From: Marsupella aquatica
Taxonomy: Eukaryota; Plantae; Marchantiophyta
NCBI GenBank assembly: GCA_973895155.1
Contig: OZ316891.1
Location: 27,041,154-27,105,153 of the forward strand
Length of the DNA stretch: 64,000 bases
Direction: 5' to 3'
The notes below the pieces were generated by a model, which saw nothing but the letters and a program-made list of their open reading frames with translations, made no database searches and was not told the DNA's origin. A program made the position numbers and the translations under genes. Of this stretch, positions 12,958-27,436 are shown piece by piece (within the stretch, counting starts at the first letter, position 1; the number at the start of each line of letters is the position of its first letter).

Positions 12958-15900
12958 AATCAAACAAACAGTAAACCATGCTCCAACCAGTGGGAGATCA
13001 TTTCATTGTTGATAAGATTTTTACAATAGTAGTTGAATAGGAAAATTTCCATGTGACCCCAACAAGGTTCCTACCAAAATAGAGAGCTATCCAATTCCGG
13101 CTTACTTTGAATAAAAGGCGTTATGGGGCTTAGATTTGGTACTGTATCATCAGTGCCTTGCCAATCTGCAGGCTTGTTCTATAGTAGTTGATCCAAGCAT
13201 GATGCCATGGTTAGTGAGTCTTAAACATTTCATAGGGTTAGACAGTTAAGATTCTTCTCCCTTGATAGCAAACCAATAGCTTGTAGCTACCATTTTATAG
13301 TTGTTGTATAATTTGTTTGAAGATGGCAGCAAGTTACAAAATGGCAAGCTGAACCAAGGGTAGTTGTGTATGCATTTAAGCTGTGCAGAGTGTGATTTAG
13401 GCATGTAGTGATGATTTGTGTTGATGAATTGAGCACGTAACAGGTTTTTGGAGGTGTGTATGAATGCAAGAAGCTTTGGTGAATAGACTGCAACACCTGT
13501 GAAAAAAGTAGGCAGATTCAGATCAAAATTCCAGATGCACTACTGTAGTCATTAATCTTGTCTCTAGAGGTCTCAATTAGAGAGGTAGCAATGTGGAGAA
13601 GGACAAGAAGTGGTTCATTAGGGACTCATGTATCAAAATGTTACAGATGTGAACCTGTAAAGTTTTTTCTCTAACTCATGCAAATTTTGCGACTAAACTC
13701 TATGCCTGTCTCTAAAATGCAAGTCATACAAGTTATAGGCCTTGAATTGATCCTAGATGTTCCTCAAGCTTGACAACAACCTTGCTGACATATAGTCCCT
13801 TTGGAAGCATTTCAATTCTGGTCTTTTAGGTCTTTAGCAAATTGTAATCTAGGATGAAAAGGCATACAATTCCAATAGGAGTGGTGTGCAGGTTTTGCTT
13901 CATTCAGTAATAAGTACCACAAAACCGTTCAGAAGGGCTTTTTGTAACATTAGACAACTTTGGTTCAGTAGTGCTTACTATAGAGACATGCAAAGAACAC
14001 GCATGAAATAATTTTTTTCTTGCAGCACCTTAACTAAAGATTTCCACACGTACAAGGAGAGAAGAGGCTCAGTCACATTGTTGGAAGTGGTGAATATGCT
14101 GAGCCTGGGCTTAAGTTGATCCAGTAATTATGGAGGTTTAAACCTTATTAGATATCAGTCTGAACCCGCCCATATCACTGAAGCTCAGACTCTTCACCAA
14201 AAGCAAACATATATCATTTTGGTGGCTGGCTTTTTTCTCTCAGAAGCCTCACCAAGTGAAAATTTACCTTGAAATATGCACGCAATTAACCTTGTTGAAT
14301 CACTTTTCAACTCAGCAGCCCTGCTAAGTCATCTCAATGGCCTTGCTGAGTATGAAGGTTCCACATGGAAACAATTGATGGGAGCAATTGATACAGCTTG
14401 ACAACTGTATCAATTGTCAAAATGGAGTTGCAAAACTCTTGAGCCAACCCAAATTCAATCCAAAGTTGAAGTTAAGAACAAAAGTAAGGATTCAAGCGGG
14501 GGTTCAAGCAGAAGAACTTTGCAGCTATGATTACTGTGACCAGCTACAAGTGATTGTCTTTGCAGTGTATAAAGTTGACTGGTTCCCATGCGTTGCTTGT
14601 CTTATTGCATTGACAAAGAGTTTAAATCATAATTATTCTTGCTAAAATGGTAAGCCTATGTTTCTTGGTGGGAAAGATGTTAAAGAACATTGGCCTTCGA
14701 CAAGTTTTTAAATGTTCAAATATTGGTAGCCTCTTCAGTTTCCCTATTCCAAAATTTCCAGTTTGGGGTTTGAGTTGAGCACAAACCAGCAGCATTTCAT
14801 GGCAGGCTCATACATTCCAGTAATAGATGATCATCTATATCTATATTAATGGAAGTGGTTAGACAGTATGGGGAGAAAGTTGACCAAGTCTTAATTCTGC
14901 ATTGTCTCAGTTGTCCTGGGTCTTGAGTGGAAGACTGAAAAGTTTTCTTGGTGGTCCAAGCAACCTAGATACCTATCTAGTGCCTCTGGCTTACCAAATG
15001 AAATGACTTGAGTTCAACTATTACATTCAAGTTTGTCTTCTCTTACTGGCTACTTATTTTTGGAGTACTAAAATATTTTTTCATGATGCTTAAACTGACC
15101 GTTGTAAGTAGCAACTTTTGAGCTGGTTGTGACCCAAAGTCCATGAGATGGATGGATTACATTTTGAAGTCAAGCCACAAATCCAAGAAACTATACCACC
15201 AGCTATTATTGAAATCAACTGATATCAGTTGTCACCTCATTTCAAAGACACAATTAAGATGACCTGGGCCCCCAAAATTCAACAAATTCAAGAAAAGGGT
15301 CATATCCCTCCTGTGTACCAAACAGATGCCCATCTAAGCGAGGTCAGCCGAGATTGGCCCATGTTCATACCATCATATGATCCCATCATGCTCTTGGCCC
15401 ACTTCTGTACCATATATACCATCAAATCCACATCTATGCCATCATATGCCCTGTTCATATTGTACAGATGTCATGGGCCAATCTTGGCTGGCCTTGCCAT
15501 TCGGTACAAATGCAATTACAGATAACAAATACAAGCAGTTTTTTCAATGCCTTACACCTATATTGGCGAGATTAGCCAAGATTGAGCCGATATCAATTAT
15601 AAAGCTGAGATCCATGAGGGTTTAAGGAGAGATGACTTATTGGTAAAATTGTGCACACATATCCCCAAATCCTTTGGCCTAACTAGCTTATTCAAAGCCA
15701 ATAGGTGAGTTTGCATCTCATTGTGGCTGAATCTTTTTTTTCAATGCAAGCCATGAAACCCCATGGGAAGGGAAACTAAAAAGGGCCAAACAAGAAGGGG
15801 ACCAACCCCAAGAACAAGGGCCAGCAGCAGACCAACCAAAAAGAACCAACCAGCAGGAGAATGAAACAAAACCCAACCAAGCCAGCAACAAGGAGCCTTT

Positions 15901-16299
15901 TGAAAGAACAGCAGAAGAAAACCCAACACCTATCTAAGCACCTCTATCTAGCTAAGATCATAGAAACTTAAATGATTGGCAACCAATAAGACAGCAAGAC
16001 CCAAAACCTTGCCCAAAACTAAACAGAGTGTGCCAGCACAAGGAGCAGAGCAAGGGACCACTTAAAGTAAGATTGCACCTCAGAAGAACCAAAGCACAAG
16101 GAGGAGGAGGAGGAGTTTTGAAAGAGTCTGTAAATCATGTGGTTTACCAGCTTGAACTTCCTTGTTGGTTTATTTGTATCAGCCCACCTCCATTGCTTTG
16201 CTAATGTTATTCCTTGTCACACCTTAGCCCCATTGCCTTGAATCATAGAGACAAAAGCCTGGCTATTCTCTCTTGTATCAATGTCTATTCCTCTGACTA

Positions 16300-16800
16300 C
16301 CAATTTTATGCACAGTCTATCTTTTCTCGACGTGAATCCCACGGATCTGCAATTCTTTTGATGCTGATTCTCCCACAGAACCTAGTAATAGAGTGGATCA
16401 GGGAATCTGGTTTTGCTTGGAAGCCATCTATACAGCAGACTGAATCCTCTACGCTCCACCAACCCGGCGTACCAGCCAAATACCAGAAGAAAACTAGATG
16501 ATCCCTCAAAGGCTCCCATATATTCCACAAACTCCTAGTGTACTTGAGCCCACAAAAAGCTTGGGATAGCAAAAAAGAAGATGATCTTCTGCTGTGTACC
16601 TGTTCCTCCTAATGATCATGTAGTTCTTTTGAGAGTTCCTCCATTTGACTAGATCCAAATTTGCATTGGAAAGACACGCCTATTCTGAACAAAGATCATC
16701 TAGCGCCTTATTGAACATAGACATGAAAGAGAATCAGAATTGAATGTCTCTTAAAAGCCTTCAGTCCCAGCTCCTTCAACTTTTGGTCTAGCCAGAGTTT
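16300..16800 (-). mobile_element. Degenerate L1-like LINE ORF2 3' remnant
   Basis: Minus strand gives TAEDHLLFCYPK (zf-RVT-like) near 16560-16595 and Trp-rich fragments such as LWNIW. Boundaries approximate. Confidence 0.4.
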
Positions 16801-16859
16801 TCCATGCCACCAGGGGGATCCTTCTATCACCACAAGGATTAACTCCCCATAGAAAATCT

Positions 16860-17151
16860 GAGGTATTTGCAACCGACAGGTTCAAACACTAACAGCAAAC
16901 AATTACTTGTAACAGGAAAATGAGTAGTAGTTTTTTAGAACTGTTTTGAACCTTTTCTTTGAGATAATAATTATTTTATTTTTGGTTTAGTCAGTATTGT
17001 ATTGCTAGCTCTCGGATCTAGAAATAGCAGCCCTAAAAAAAATGTCAAGTTTTTAACTATTTTGGAAAATTATATATTTAATGGTGCATTTTTAGATCGT
17101 TGTTTTTTCTGGTACCGGTAAACTTGTTTGCTGTTGCGGTCGCAATACCCA
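16860..17151. mobile_element. Diverged copy of a ~300-bp MITE family
   Basis: GAGGTATTTGC...GCAATACCC ends, internal GTAACAGGAAAATG motif, flanks AAAATCT/AAAATCC. Confidence 0.5.
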
Positions 17152-20084
17152 AAAATCCTGTCATACAGCTATAATATATTGTCTTGGTCAGAGTTTCTGA
17201 AGAATGAAGAAACATCATATGGTAAACAAGGTTGGCTTGCAATACATGTTTGACAGTTAGTATAGTCCTACCAGCGAAAGATAAAAATATCGTAGACCAT
17301 GAAGACTCCTATTTTATCAAGGCAAAAGGGATGAAGTTGAGGAGTACATAGCCCCCAACCCATGGCATGGGAGTGCCAAGATATCTCTATAATTCCCCAC
17401 TGACATGCACTTACTAATCAAACATCTACTGTGGGCACTAATCAGAAGAAAACTACCCTTTGTGAGACGCTCCCCTTTGTGACTTTTGGGAGACCTTGAG
17501 AAATATATGACTTCAAGTTTAGGGTACTAGTCATTTTAATTTACACCTATCCACTATTTTTTGGGTGAGGTTAGTGAAAGTCATTTCTACAACTTCTGAG
17601 AAAGCCACAATTGTAACACTATAAGGTGAGTCATATGTAACGTATTCTGCATTACAACATTATGAAATAGAGTGCAACAAGCTCTACAATAATACTTGGC
17701 TCTATATCAAATTTTTACCCCAACCATAGTTAAGTAATGACACTTTCTACCAGCTATACCAGTTCTGCTCTATACCATCAAACATGTTATGTGTACAGAT
17801 CTTGCGCACTATATATCATAATAGTATCTAGGTAATTATGACTATCCAGAGTAGCATTCCTTGCATGTAATGTGGGATGTAATGTACAAGAAACTCAGTG
17901 TGCACTTGAATCACATAGTGAAGTGTTTTGCATTTAGGAGTTTTGTACCCTTAATTAAGAAGTTGGAGCCCAGCTTATATACATATGACATTGGAGCCCG
18001 GAAGTTTAGGGTCATAACTAATTATCAGGACCTTTTTTAATCATCCTAGCATAATTCACTATTATGCCTCTAGTGTGGCCACATCCCATCAGCCACCATG
18101 CATCTACCTAGGGACATCAAAGCTCATCAAATCTACTAACTCTAAATTGCCAAAGGAGTCAGGTTAGGGTTGAATCATTCCTTTCCTATGAATGTGGTTG
18201 ATGCTTACACTAAACATGTGTAAGCAATAATGGTTGCCTTTGATCCCTTAACTGGTGGCAGGATGGTAATCATTACTGAGGGAACTCCAATACACGCCAA
18301 TATGTTGGGCCTATAGTACAAGCAACATCCGTTGATTCTGCTTTGAATTTGGTGCATTGTCAGTTGGAGTGTAGCAAGAGTGAGGGAAAGTTTGCTTTCA
18401 GTGCTGACTATTGAGCTGCCCTAAGTGTATACACTCCTTGCCATCCCCAGCTGCTCAAGTTTCTGCCTATACTCTCCACCTGCTCTAAGTAAGTGTATTG
18501 AGCTTGCCCTCACTCACACCATTGAGGCTTTTGGTGCTGTCGCCACTATAAGTGTTGTTGCACGTTGGTGCTTGTAGACTATTTATGGTGCTACTACCTC
18601 CTGTGAGCTTGTGGCTGATCAATCTAGGACACCTGAGCCAGGTCCAAGCATTGGTCCAAGCGCTTGGTATTGCTGCAAGAATAGCAAGGGATTTCTGGTC
18701 CGTTTGTTGCATTGAGAGTGCACTTTTGCATGGGAGTGGCAGTGTTGCGGTATTGAACAAGTTAGAGTCACATTCATGTGAGCTCAGCTCAGGTCTGGCT
18801 TCCAAGGAGGTGTTCAAGGTGATCAAAAAATAGTGACAGTGAGCCTGATCAGGTTTGGCTTTATAGGTCTGAAGGAGGTTGGACCTGCAACGTACCTAGG
18901 AGCTGTGAGCTGCATTAGAGTGCATCCAACATACTGGTGAGTCACTCTCACCCATATCACAACTTGGTGGGTAGATGCAGGTATGAGGTCCATTGGCTTG
19001 TTGCACAAAGGTCCGGAGAACTGAAGTTTTGAGCGGAATGAGTTGCTTAGGTGTGCACTAGATATGTTGTTGTGCCAAACCGTTTCAGCCCAGCAAATGG
19101 AAATGAGGAAGGAACCAACTAAATACTCATCCCTTGTCGGTGGCAAGTGCTGAGCTGTTCAGGATGGATGTTTGGGTGAGAAGGAGATTCAGTTGGCTGG
19201 TGACTCATCATCACTTGACTGGTGACTCTAAAGTGATAGCTACTCGAGGGGTAGTGAGCTTGATGGGGGAGATAGGTAGTGACCCGCCGTAGGACCAGTG
19301 ATCAGACTCTCACTAGTGGCCTACTCGAGGGCACCCGTTGTAAGTTGATCGAAAGAGAAGATTAAAAATAAAGGAGTGTGAGAGTGAGCTTTGAAATATG
19401 CTTGTCGTTGGATCCGATTGCAGCAAGAAGCAAGTCGCTTACCCGGGGTAGCCCTTAGACATTGTGACAACGTGGAAATGAGAGGTACATTTTTGTTGGA
19501 TGCATTGGAACTGGTATCAATCAGCTTTTGTAATAGCAAGAATTGTTCAAAGAACTTTAGGGGGTTGTGTTGTCTCCATTGCATGCAGACTTGTTTTTCC
19601 ATCTTTCAGCTTGGCCTATGCAGTTCATAATTACATCAACATTCTTTGTTGATAGACATTCTTATCCCAAACATCAGGTGAACCCAGTTGAGTGACTCCA
19701 AGCCCACTGAACTAAACCAAGCTGAATGACGGAGAGCATGCTTGGCTACACTGAACTGTGTTGCATTGAACACATCCTAAGTAGCTTCTAGATGAAATTA
19801 TACCTGGGAGCTAAAAGAAGGAAAGTGCAAACATTGAATTGCGATGCAACTTGGAACTTAGTAGTGTGGTCCCACACTGAGACTTCTTACACTGTTTGGA
19901 TGTTTTCTCACAAAAACTTAAGGTTCGTGTAATTAGGTGATTATTCCAAAAGGAGAGTAAAAGTATGGAAAATCATAAAAAAAATTAAAATTTTAGAATT
20001 TATAAGATCCTCTTAAGTGGTAATAAGCTATTCCTAAGAGTTTCAAGGATGACTTAGAAGACAAGGAGGCAAAACAAGATGATG

Positions 20085-20415
20085 GCTTGGACGTCCCTTT
20101 CTGAGGACGTCTCTTCCATGACACCCTGGACATCAATTGACAGCGGCAGTGACAACCCATGATGACAACATATTGACATCCCTGATGTCCCTTTGCAAGG
20201 ATGTCCACCCGCTTAAGCCATAGATTGGACAGTCGCCAACCCGCGCATGACCCTGTCTTTTCCTAGTGACATCCCTAACATCCCTTTGTAAGTAAGTCCA
20301 AGATATCCACTCCTTTTTGAAGACTTGATGACCCGACGTCCCTCGTGACCAAAGACAGCAAAACTGTAGGATGGCTTGGACATCCCCAAGTAAGGACATC
20401 TGGGATGTCACTTAC
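20085..20415. repeat. Cluster of GACRTCCC/GGATGTC motifs in both orientations
   Basis: About ten GACATCC/GACGTCC/GGATGTC occurrences within ~330 bp. Confidence 0.6.
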
Positions 20416-21314
20416 CCAAACCCTAAATACGGCCAAGACGGCATTGAGACAACTTCTCAAAAACGTTGTGGACCTTGTTGATGGTTGACGATGGAGGCAA
20501 GAGATTTAACTTCTAGGTCTCCTTTGTCTGTTCACCGTTTGTACTCATTTTTCTTGCTAAAGGAGCGTACTCACGGAATGTACATATAGCCCAATTATGA
20601 ACTGACATTGATAAGGCATAGAGGATCAAGTATTGAATCAAAGAAGCTATGGAGTCCCAAACTTTGCTTGATTAGTGCTCTTTTATTTGTTCGTCTTTTC
20701 AGTTCCATCTTCTCCATGATAGCGTAGCTACCTCAAGACCTTGTGACTCTATTCTTGATCCCCAATGATCAGCTATTTAGGAGAATTTAATAGTTGAGTT
20801 TTCTCTGAATTTTAGAAAGCTATGGCTGCCCGGAGCTTACCAATTAGTAAGAGTGTTAGAATTGTTATACCTTCTGGTTCTAATGCTTACTTTGAGCTCT
20901 TGGGTAACTAAGTAGACATGGGCTTGAGTCATTTGATTTTCTTCCATGGGACATGCTCCATGGATATATTGCTCATTGCTGATTTTCTTTGTGCACCAAG
21001 AGCCAAAACTTTTAGAAGTTCCACTAGAGGTTCTCCCGATGTTTGCACTCTTGGTGTAGTTTCTAAGGTTTATCAGTTGAGTTAGGAGGGAGAGAGGTTT
21101 ATTCTGTTGGGGAGGACTTGACAGCTTGTTACTTTTGAGGTGTTAGAGACCAGAGGACTGGTTGGAGGATTGATCAATGCAAGAATTGGGAACTAGCTCA
21201 ATTGCTCTGTTTCGTAATGCCCGTCTTTCATCCTACCAAGCCCATCAAGGTTATGGTCTACTTGGCTAGTTCTATTATTGCTTCATGGACTGACTCGGGG
21301 ATTGATCAACTGGG

Positions 21315-21638
21315 GAGGTGTTTACAAAAGACAGCAAACAGGAAACAGGATTTAATAATAGAAACTGGTAACAGGAAAAAAAACTGGTAACAGGAAAATG
21401 GGTGGAAATTTTTTTTGATTTTTTTTTGAAATTTTTTTGCTAGCGCCCGGCGCTGCTAATAGTAGCGCCCAAAGCTAGCCAATGTTGCATTGTTAATTTT
21501 TTTGGAAATAACATGTTTTAGGAGACATTTTTAAATTGTCATTTTTCCTGGTAACAGTGATTTTTTCCTGGTAACAGCATTTTAAAAACAGGAAAAAAAA
21601 TCCTGTTTACCTATTTCTTGTCTCCGTCGCTATACCCC
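21315..21638. mobile_element. MITE (Mutator-like) with 7-8 bp TSD
   Basis: Ends GAGGTGTTTAC...GCTATACCCC, flanked by (C)AACTGGG on both sides; internal GGTAACAGGAAAA repeats; homologous to 51690-52011. Confidence 0.8.
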
Positions 21639-24600
21639 AACTGGGCCTTATTAGTTCTTTTGGAGGTGATCGCCAAGCAGGTAGTTGTTTTGACTTCTAC
21701 TAGTTGTCGTGACATATAGTATCGTAGCCATAGTATATCGAAAACATACAAGTCACCGGCAATGCATATGTGCAAGATGCTAGCAACCAACATCCTTAGA
21801 AAAAGTCCAATCACATTCACAAGTGCCAAGAAAAAGCAACTGAGGTGGTATGTACATAGTGGAGGTGTAAACCTCTATATATAAAAGGCGTAAGAGAAAC
21901 AAGCGTACTGAAATCGAATCGAAACCGGCGAGATGCCAAGATCGGCCGGGAGCATCTAACGAATCACTGTGTGAATCCCGTGTACGGAACCGACGAGCAC
22001 TGTCTAAGCTCTGTCAACAGCGATTCAAGAAGAACTGAAAAACGGCAAAGAAAAACATGCCCTAAGTAGGTCCGGGTCCAGGCATCACACTAACAAACAC
22101 TTTGCTTCAAGAACGGCCCAGACTCGCTACAAGAACATGACACTAACTCAAGTAGTACACTAGCCCTAACTACATACCTAGCGGGCATGCGAGGGACATG
22201 CCAATGTGCACAAGAGGCACTATCCCTCGGCATGACATAGTGACACTTTCTTGACACCTTACTTGGCACCACTAGAAGAAACCGAGCCATTCTGAGACCC
22301 AGCCTTACATGACTTGTGTGAGACCTTTGAAAATAAGTGACTCCAAGGTTTAGGGTGTCATCTTTGTTACATCTTCTTGACTCACTTTTGGTGAAGTTCT
22401 GGGAAGTCATGTATTTAACTATTGGGAAAGTTGCTTCTGTAACTGAGTTAAGGCAAGTATATTGAAGTTATATAAGTGACCATGACTTACATGATTTCCT
22501 TGCCCAATACATATGATTTTGGATCCATCATATTAATCACATTATGTCATGCAATTATATATAGTTACCTCCCTTTGCTTTAACCATCACTGAGTTGCTC
22601 TTTATTGTTCCCCTGTAAGAAAGTATACATGACATTTTTACCCTAATTGAAGTTTAGGTAAGTAGGGCAAATTTGTGATTCTAGCTAGACAAGAACCAAC
22701 CAAATTTAAGTTAACATTCATGTACACGGCCGCAACTGAGTTCAAAAAGGTGTGAAAATTTGTGCCATGCCCCCAAAAATAATGATGCACCCTAAACCCT
22801 AATACTCTACATACATAGTTACCTTAAAAAAGTCACCACAACCAATTAGTGGTACTTGTCACATACTGCTCACACACATATTAAAACTCACTTCATCCAC
22901 TAACTCATTTTAAAAATTTGCTCTGCATATATACCCCATAATTAGCCAATATCAAATGGAACCCCCTTCATATGGGAATATTGAAGGGCCCAATTTAGGA
23001 CCTCTTTTTCCTTAAGTGCACAATGCAATGCCGTTGCATCAATTTCTCTATCGGAAGCCCTCTTCCAATGAACCATGTTGCGCAATTGCAAGTTGATACC
23101 AAAACTTTTGACTGCCAAAAGCTTTTGTGGAGGGACTTGGAGAAAGAGAGAGTGCGCCCGCAAAGTGAGAGTCTTGTTGTTTCATGAGCGGGAAAGTTTT
23201 CACACACTAGTAGAAACCGGGGCAATTTATATGTCAAGGCTAGGGGGTGGCTGGGTTTTCACTAAAGGGGGTTTAGGGGGGGTTTGATGTCAAGGGTCGG
23301 GGGTTGCATGTTAAGGGGATGGGGGTTTAGGGACCATTGGATCGTCGGCATCCATCCCCCCCGGTCCATTCTTCATCCATTTAACCCTCTTTTGCCAATG
23401 ACTCCAAATGTCCAATGGGTTTTCAGAGGGTTTATGCTTGAGGAGGGTGAGTTTAAGGGTAGGTGTTGTTTTTTGCCATCTGGGTGACTTAGGATATTTA
23501 TCTAACCCAATGACTATACCCAAAATACCCAACTAAAAGCCCCCCCCCCAAAAAAAATGCATGCACCCTTGGTCTTAGTTACCGTTTAATCCTAACTGTG
23601 AACTTACGTCTAAATGTGTTAGGTGCTTGCAGAATGCCTATGAACGAGTCCTTCCAGTCGACTCAATGTTTAGGGTAAACGGATTTTGTAAAGGAAAATT
23701 GCACAAAGTGTCGACGGCTACCACTAGGGTTTTCCTTCACGTTTCTGCAAGGGAATCCAAGGCCAAACACTTTGCGCCCGATAATGCACTTTTCCTCAGT
23801 TGCTCTCGACTCTTGCACCTGATCGCACTCAGTCAATACATTTAGCGCTTTTGGAGGTGGGATTTCATGTCATTGCGTAGGGCTTGGAGCTTCGACCTTT
23901 GCTATATGACCCATTGTCGACTGCAATCTCACTATAGGGTTTAGGTGGGCCCTAAATCTTACATTCGTCTTTCCTGTGGTGACAACGCGGGTGCTAAGGT
24001 GTATAGGAGCAAGGTTGTTGGGAGGTTTATCGCGGATGACTGGCGATTGGTGAGGCCTATTTGCATTCATCTCCACTATCATTGGGTACCCGAGATACAA
24101 CGATCGACCTTCTATACAGAGGCGAGGAAGTGACGAGAACCTACAACTCTTTGCGGGAATGCGTGGTCTTCTGCTTACCTGATTGCCCTCATGCTTGACT
24201 GTAAATACATTAGTAAAGTTTTGCTTTGGCTCAACTTTGGTCTTTTTTGGCCTTGCGTGACTGCGCTCACTTCTCTCGGTTTCCAGTGTGTAGTTGGCTA
24301 AAGACCTGGATGTCATGCTGTGAGCGCAAGCTGCTAGTAGTTGTCCATAGCTTGGGGAAAGCGGTGGGGACTGAGGCCACAAAGGAGTTTGACCTGCGCT
24401 TTTTTTTCTTTGCAGCAAGAGCGAGAGTGAGACGAGTTGCAAATTGAGTTTCATTGAGCTGCTGCCCTGGGCTTGGCGGAGGTCCTACACTCTTGTGTCG
24501 CTCACTTGTTCAGCTCGGGGTTCAGCTGCGGTGGGAGCGGGCTTTTGGTAGTGACCTGTTCAGTTGCAGTGGGAGCTGACAACTTTGGTGGCTGTGGTGT

Positions 24601-27436
24601 TGAGCTTCTGAGGAGGGCAAGCAACTGCGTGATGTGCCCTTGAGTGAATGTCTCTTGGAGGAGCTGCGAAGTGGTGAAAGGGGAAGGAGGTGAGCTCGGG
24701 CCTGGAAGCAATGTGCTTCTCCAACATTTTTGCACAATGCAATGCTGCTCAATCGTTTATCCTTCCTCTAAAGCTGAGTGTGATGCATCGACCTTTGACG
24801 AGAGTATCTGCATTACAGTTTGCTACATACGGCTGCTCTCTGTGTGGCAATCGCCAATAGCTAGCGCAATGGAGGGTTTGACGTCAACTTTGAGTCATTG
24901 ATCAGTGCACACTACATCGCTCTCCCTTTGCTAAACCCTTTCTTTTGGCTTGGTTCTTGGTGCCTTTGGCATAGGAGCGACGTTATTGCTAATCAACTCC
25001 CGAATCAACTTTGGAGGTGCGGGTTAGAAGGGGTTGGAGAGAGGAGGTCCAAACCGAGAATGCCCTTCACCGTCAATGGTTTCTACTAGTCCCGGCCATG
25101 CAGCTGAAAGTGCGCTTCTTTCAGGTGTCGTAGCATTCTGCCAGCCGGGTGCTTGGACTGCAGAGAAGAGCAGCCACAGTCATTCAGTTCTTCTCCTAGC
25201 TCAGCTGCGCATTGTCAACCATCGAGCGCTGCTGCGCGCTAGCTGTGAACCCCAAGAGGAGCTGCGACAAGGAGGAGATGCAACCAAGAGGAGATGCGAC
25301 CAAGAGAAGCTGCTGCATCCCACATTGAGTTGGACATTGAGGTAGGGACGTGAGCTACGCACTTTCAACCATCAAGCAACCACCAAGCTCGGCAGCGCTC
25401 TGGGATTTGTTGGCCACAACAGACAAAGCGGAAGACAAAGGTGAGTGTTCGTGCACCGTTAGAGTAACCGCAAGTACTCTATTACATGCCTCGTTGTTCT
25501 CTATTACATGCCTTGTTCTCCCGCCCACTGTTTCCTGCGATTTTCTTTCTTCCATAAGAGAATGGTGATTTCTTCTTCTATCAAACAAAACCCCACCCAA
25601 CCACCACACAAGAACGTGGGGTGCGCGCTTCTTAATCCTCCTCAAACTGGCCCATTGTTCATTGAAACCCCACATATTACCCACCGGCACCAAGGGTCCA
25701 GTCCCAACCCGTCTTCCGCTCCCCACCATCTTCACTCTCTCGCGCATCTATCTCCTGAACGGCGTCGCTCTCCCTTAGACGCAGAATGCTCCGCTGTGAT
25801 ATTGCCTCCAACTTTTCTAGTGCAATCTAGGCAATTAGACTGCTTTTGCGAAAACTGCCCTTCTTAAAAGTGAGCAATACTAATAAGCCCCGGGGGTGGA
25901 GCGTTTGTTACGATGGCCGTGGACCTACCGTGGGCTATGGTAGAACACTCTATTGTCTATGATGATTCTGAATCTGCTTGAACTGCGAGTGGATGTGCTT
26001 TAAGGCAAACTTGTCGGAGAAATTAGAATGGGGGGACGGAGCTGTCAGTGCTTAGGTTGTGGCATTTTTGAGATTGTCAAGAGTAATCTGTGATCTCATT
26101 TCTAAATGGTTTGAGCTCCTCTGATGTGCATAGGAATCGGGCTGAGGAAAGCTTTTGGGAGCTATCATCGGAACTAGCTTTCGATCTATTTCTGCTACTT
26201 TTGAATTGGTACTTGGGAAGGCTTTGTATCGTTAAGCACTACAAGATTCACAGGCCAGACCTGCTTGCTAGTATGAGGGGCTTTGAAGGAATGTGTGGCC
26301 AGGGCTGATTAAGTATGGATTAATTTTGCATTGCCTGAGATACTGAAACTGCCACCCGCTTTGTTTCAATGCCTTTGATATTAATTGTTAATATCTCAAG
26401 AGGGTCGTCAACTAAGCTGAAAGGAGTCAAAGCTAACTACAAGCTAGCAAATACAGAGAATGCTCCCAAGTCGAGTCAGGAGGAAGTTACTAAAACTAGA
26501 CCTTCACAACTCTCGAAACTGGAAAGTGAAATTCAGCGTGAGACACGTAGTTGAAGGCCACAAGGATAACTATATGGCCACGCTGTCCCCCATTCAAGTC
26601 CAAAGTCCTCTTCAGATTGTCTGAACTCCTATTGAATGTATTGAATAATTATTTCATCACAGAAATTTTCAGAACAAACACGAAAGCACCAGGGGGCTGA
26701 GGATTGGATATTGAGGCTGAAGACATTGAGGTCATAAACTAGGTGTGGTTCGGGTGACAATGTTAGCAACTGATGCTTCTTCAGGGGAACTTCCCATGTG
26801 CAGTTTATCCACACATGATTGACTTTGGTTCTTGCTATTTTTCTTTTGGTGTACTCTTGAGTTTGATGTCACTCTATCCTTTCCTGTAGCCTCGAAATAG
26901 GAACACACCTGCTTAGTGGTCCCCAATCGCCCAATGATTTATAATGACTGTGTCTAGGTGATGTATGCATTGCGTGTTCATTCCAGAAGAATGAATATGT
27001 ACACTTTGCACAAACCTGGACAGATTTTGAATGTTATTTATCTGAGTTTCTGTTTGTGAGCTCTAACTTGGAGCCTTAACATTTGTGTTTCTGTGGGGCT
27101 GAGCAGAGTTTGTTCCGTCTAGAAGCTGCTGTACTGAAGTGATCAGCCTCCGGCTTGGAGGTGAATCTTCAATTTTTTGTGGATTCGAGTGACTTCTGTC
27201 CAGCTGAGTTTTGCTTTGTCGGGACGATTGTGTTTGGCTAAGATGCTAGATTGTGGCTTGTCTTCTTGCTTCCAGCTTGTGTATTTTCAATTAATAGAAG
27301 TTGGGAACGAAGTGATAATTGAATTTCCTTATATTAAGCATCTTCACCTAGAAACTCAATACATAAACTCCAGGATTCCCTCGGGACATAAAATGAGCCA
27401 AATTGTCTCAAAATTGGGAACTTGCACCCGCACTAC

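Noticed and set aside
23870-25867. Several 100-190 aa ORFs in the left arm
   Set aside because: No domain motifs, and not shared with copy 2.
26369-26554. KLKGVKANYKLA resembling the end of the H1 globular domain
   Set aside because: The similarity is too short and lacks the preceding helices.
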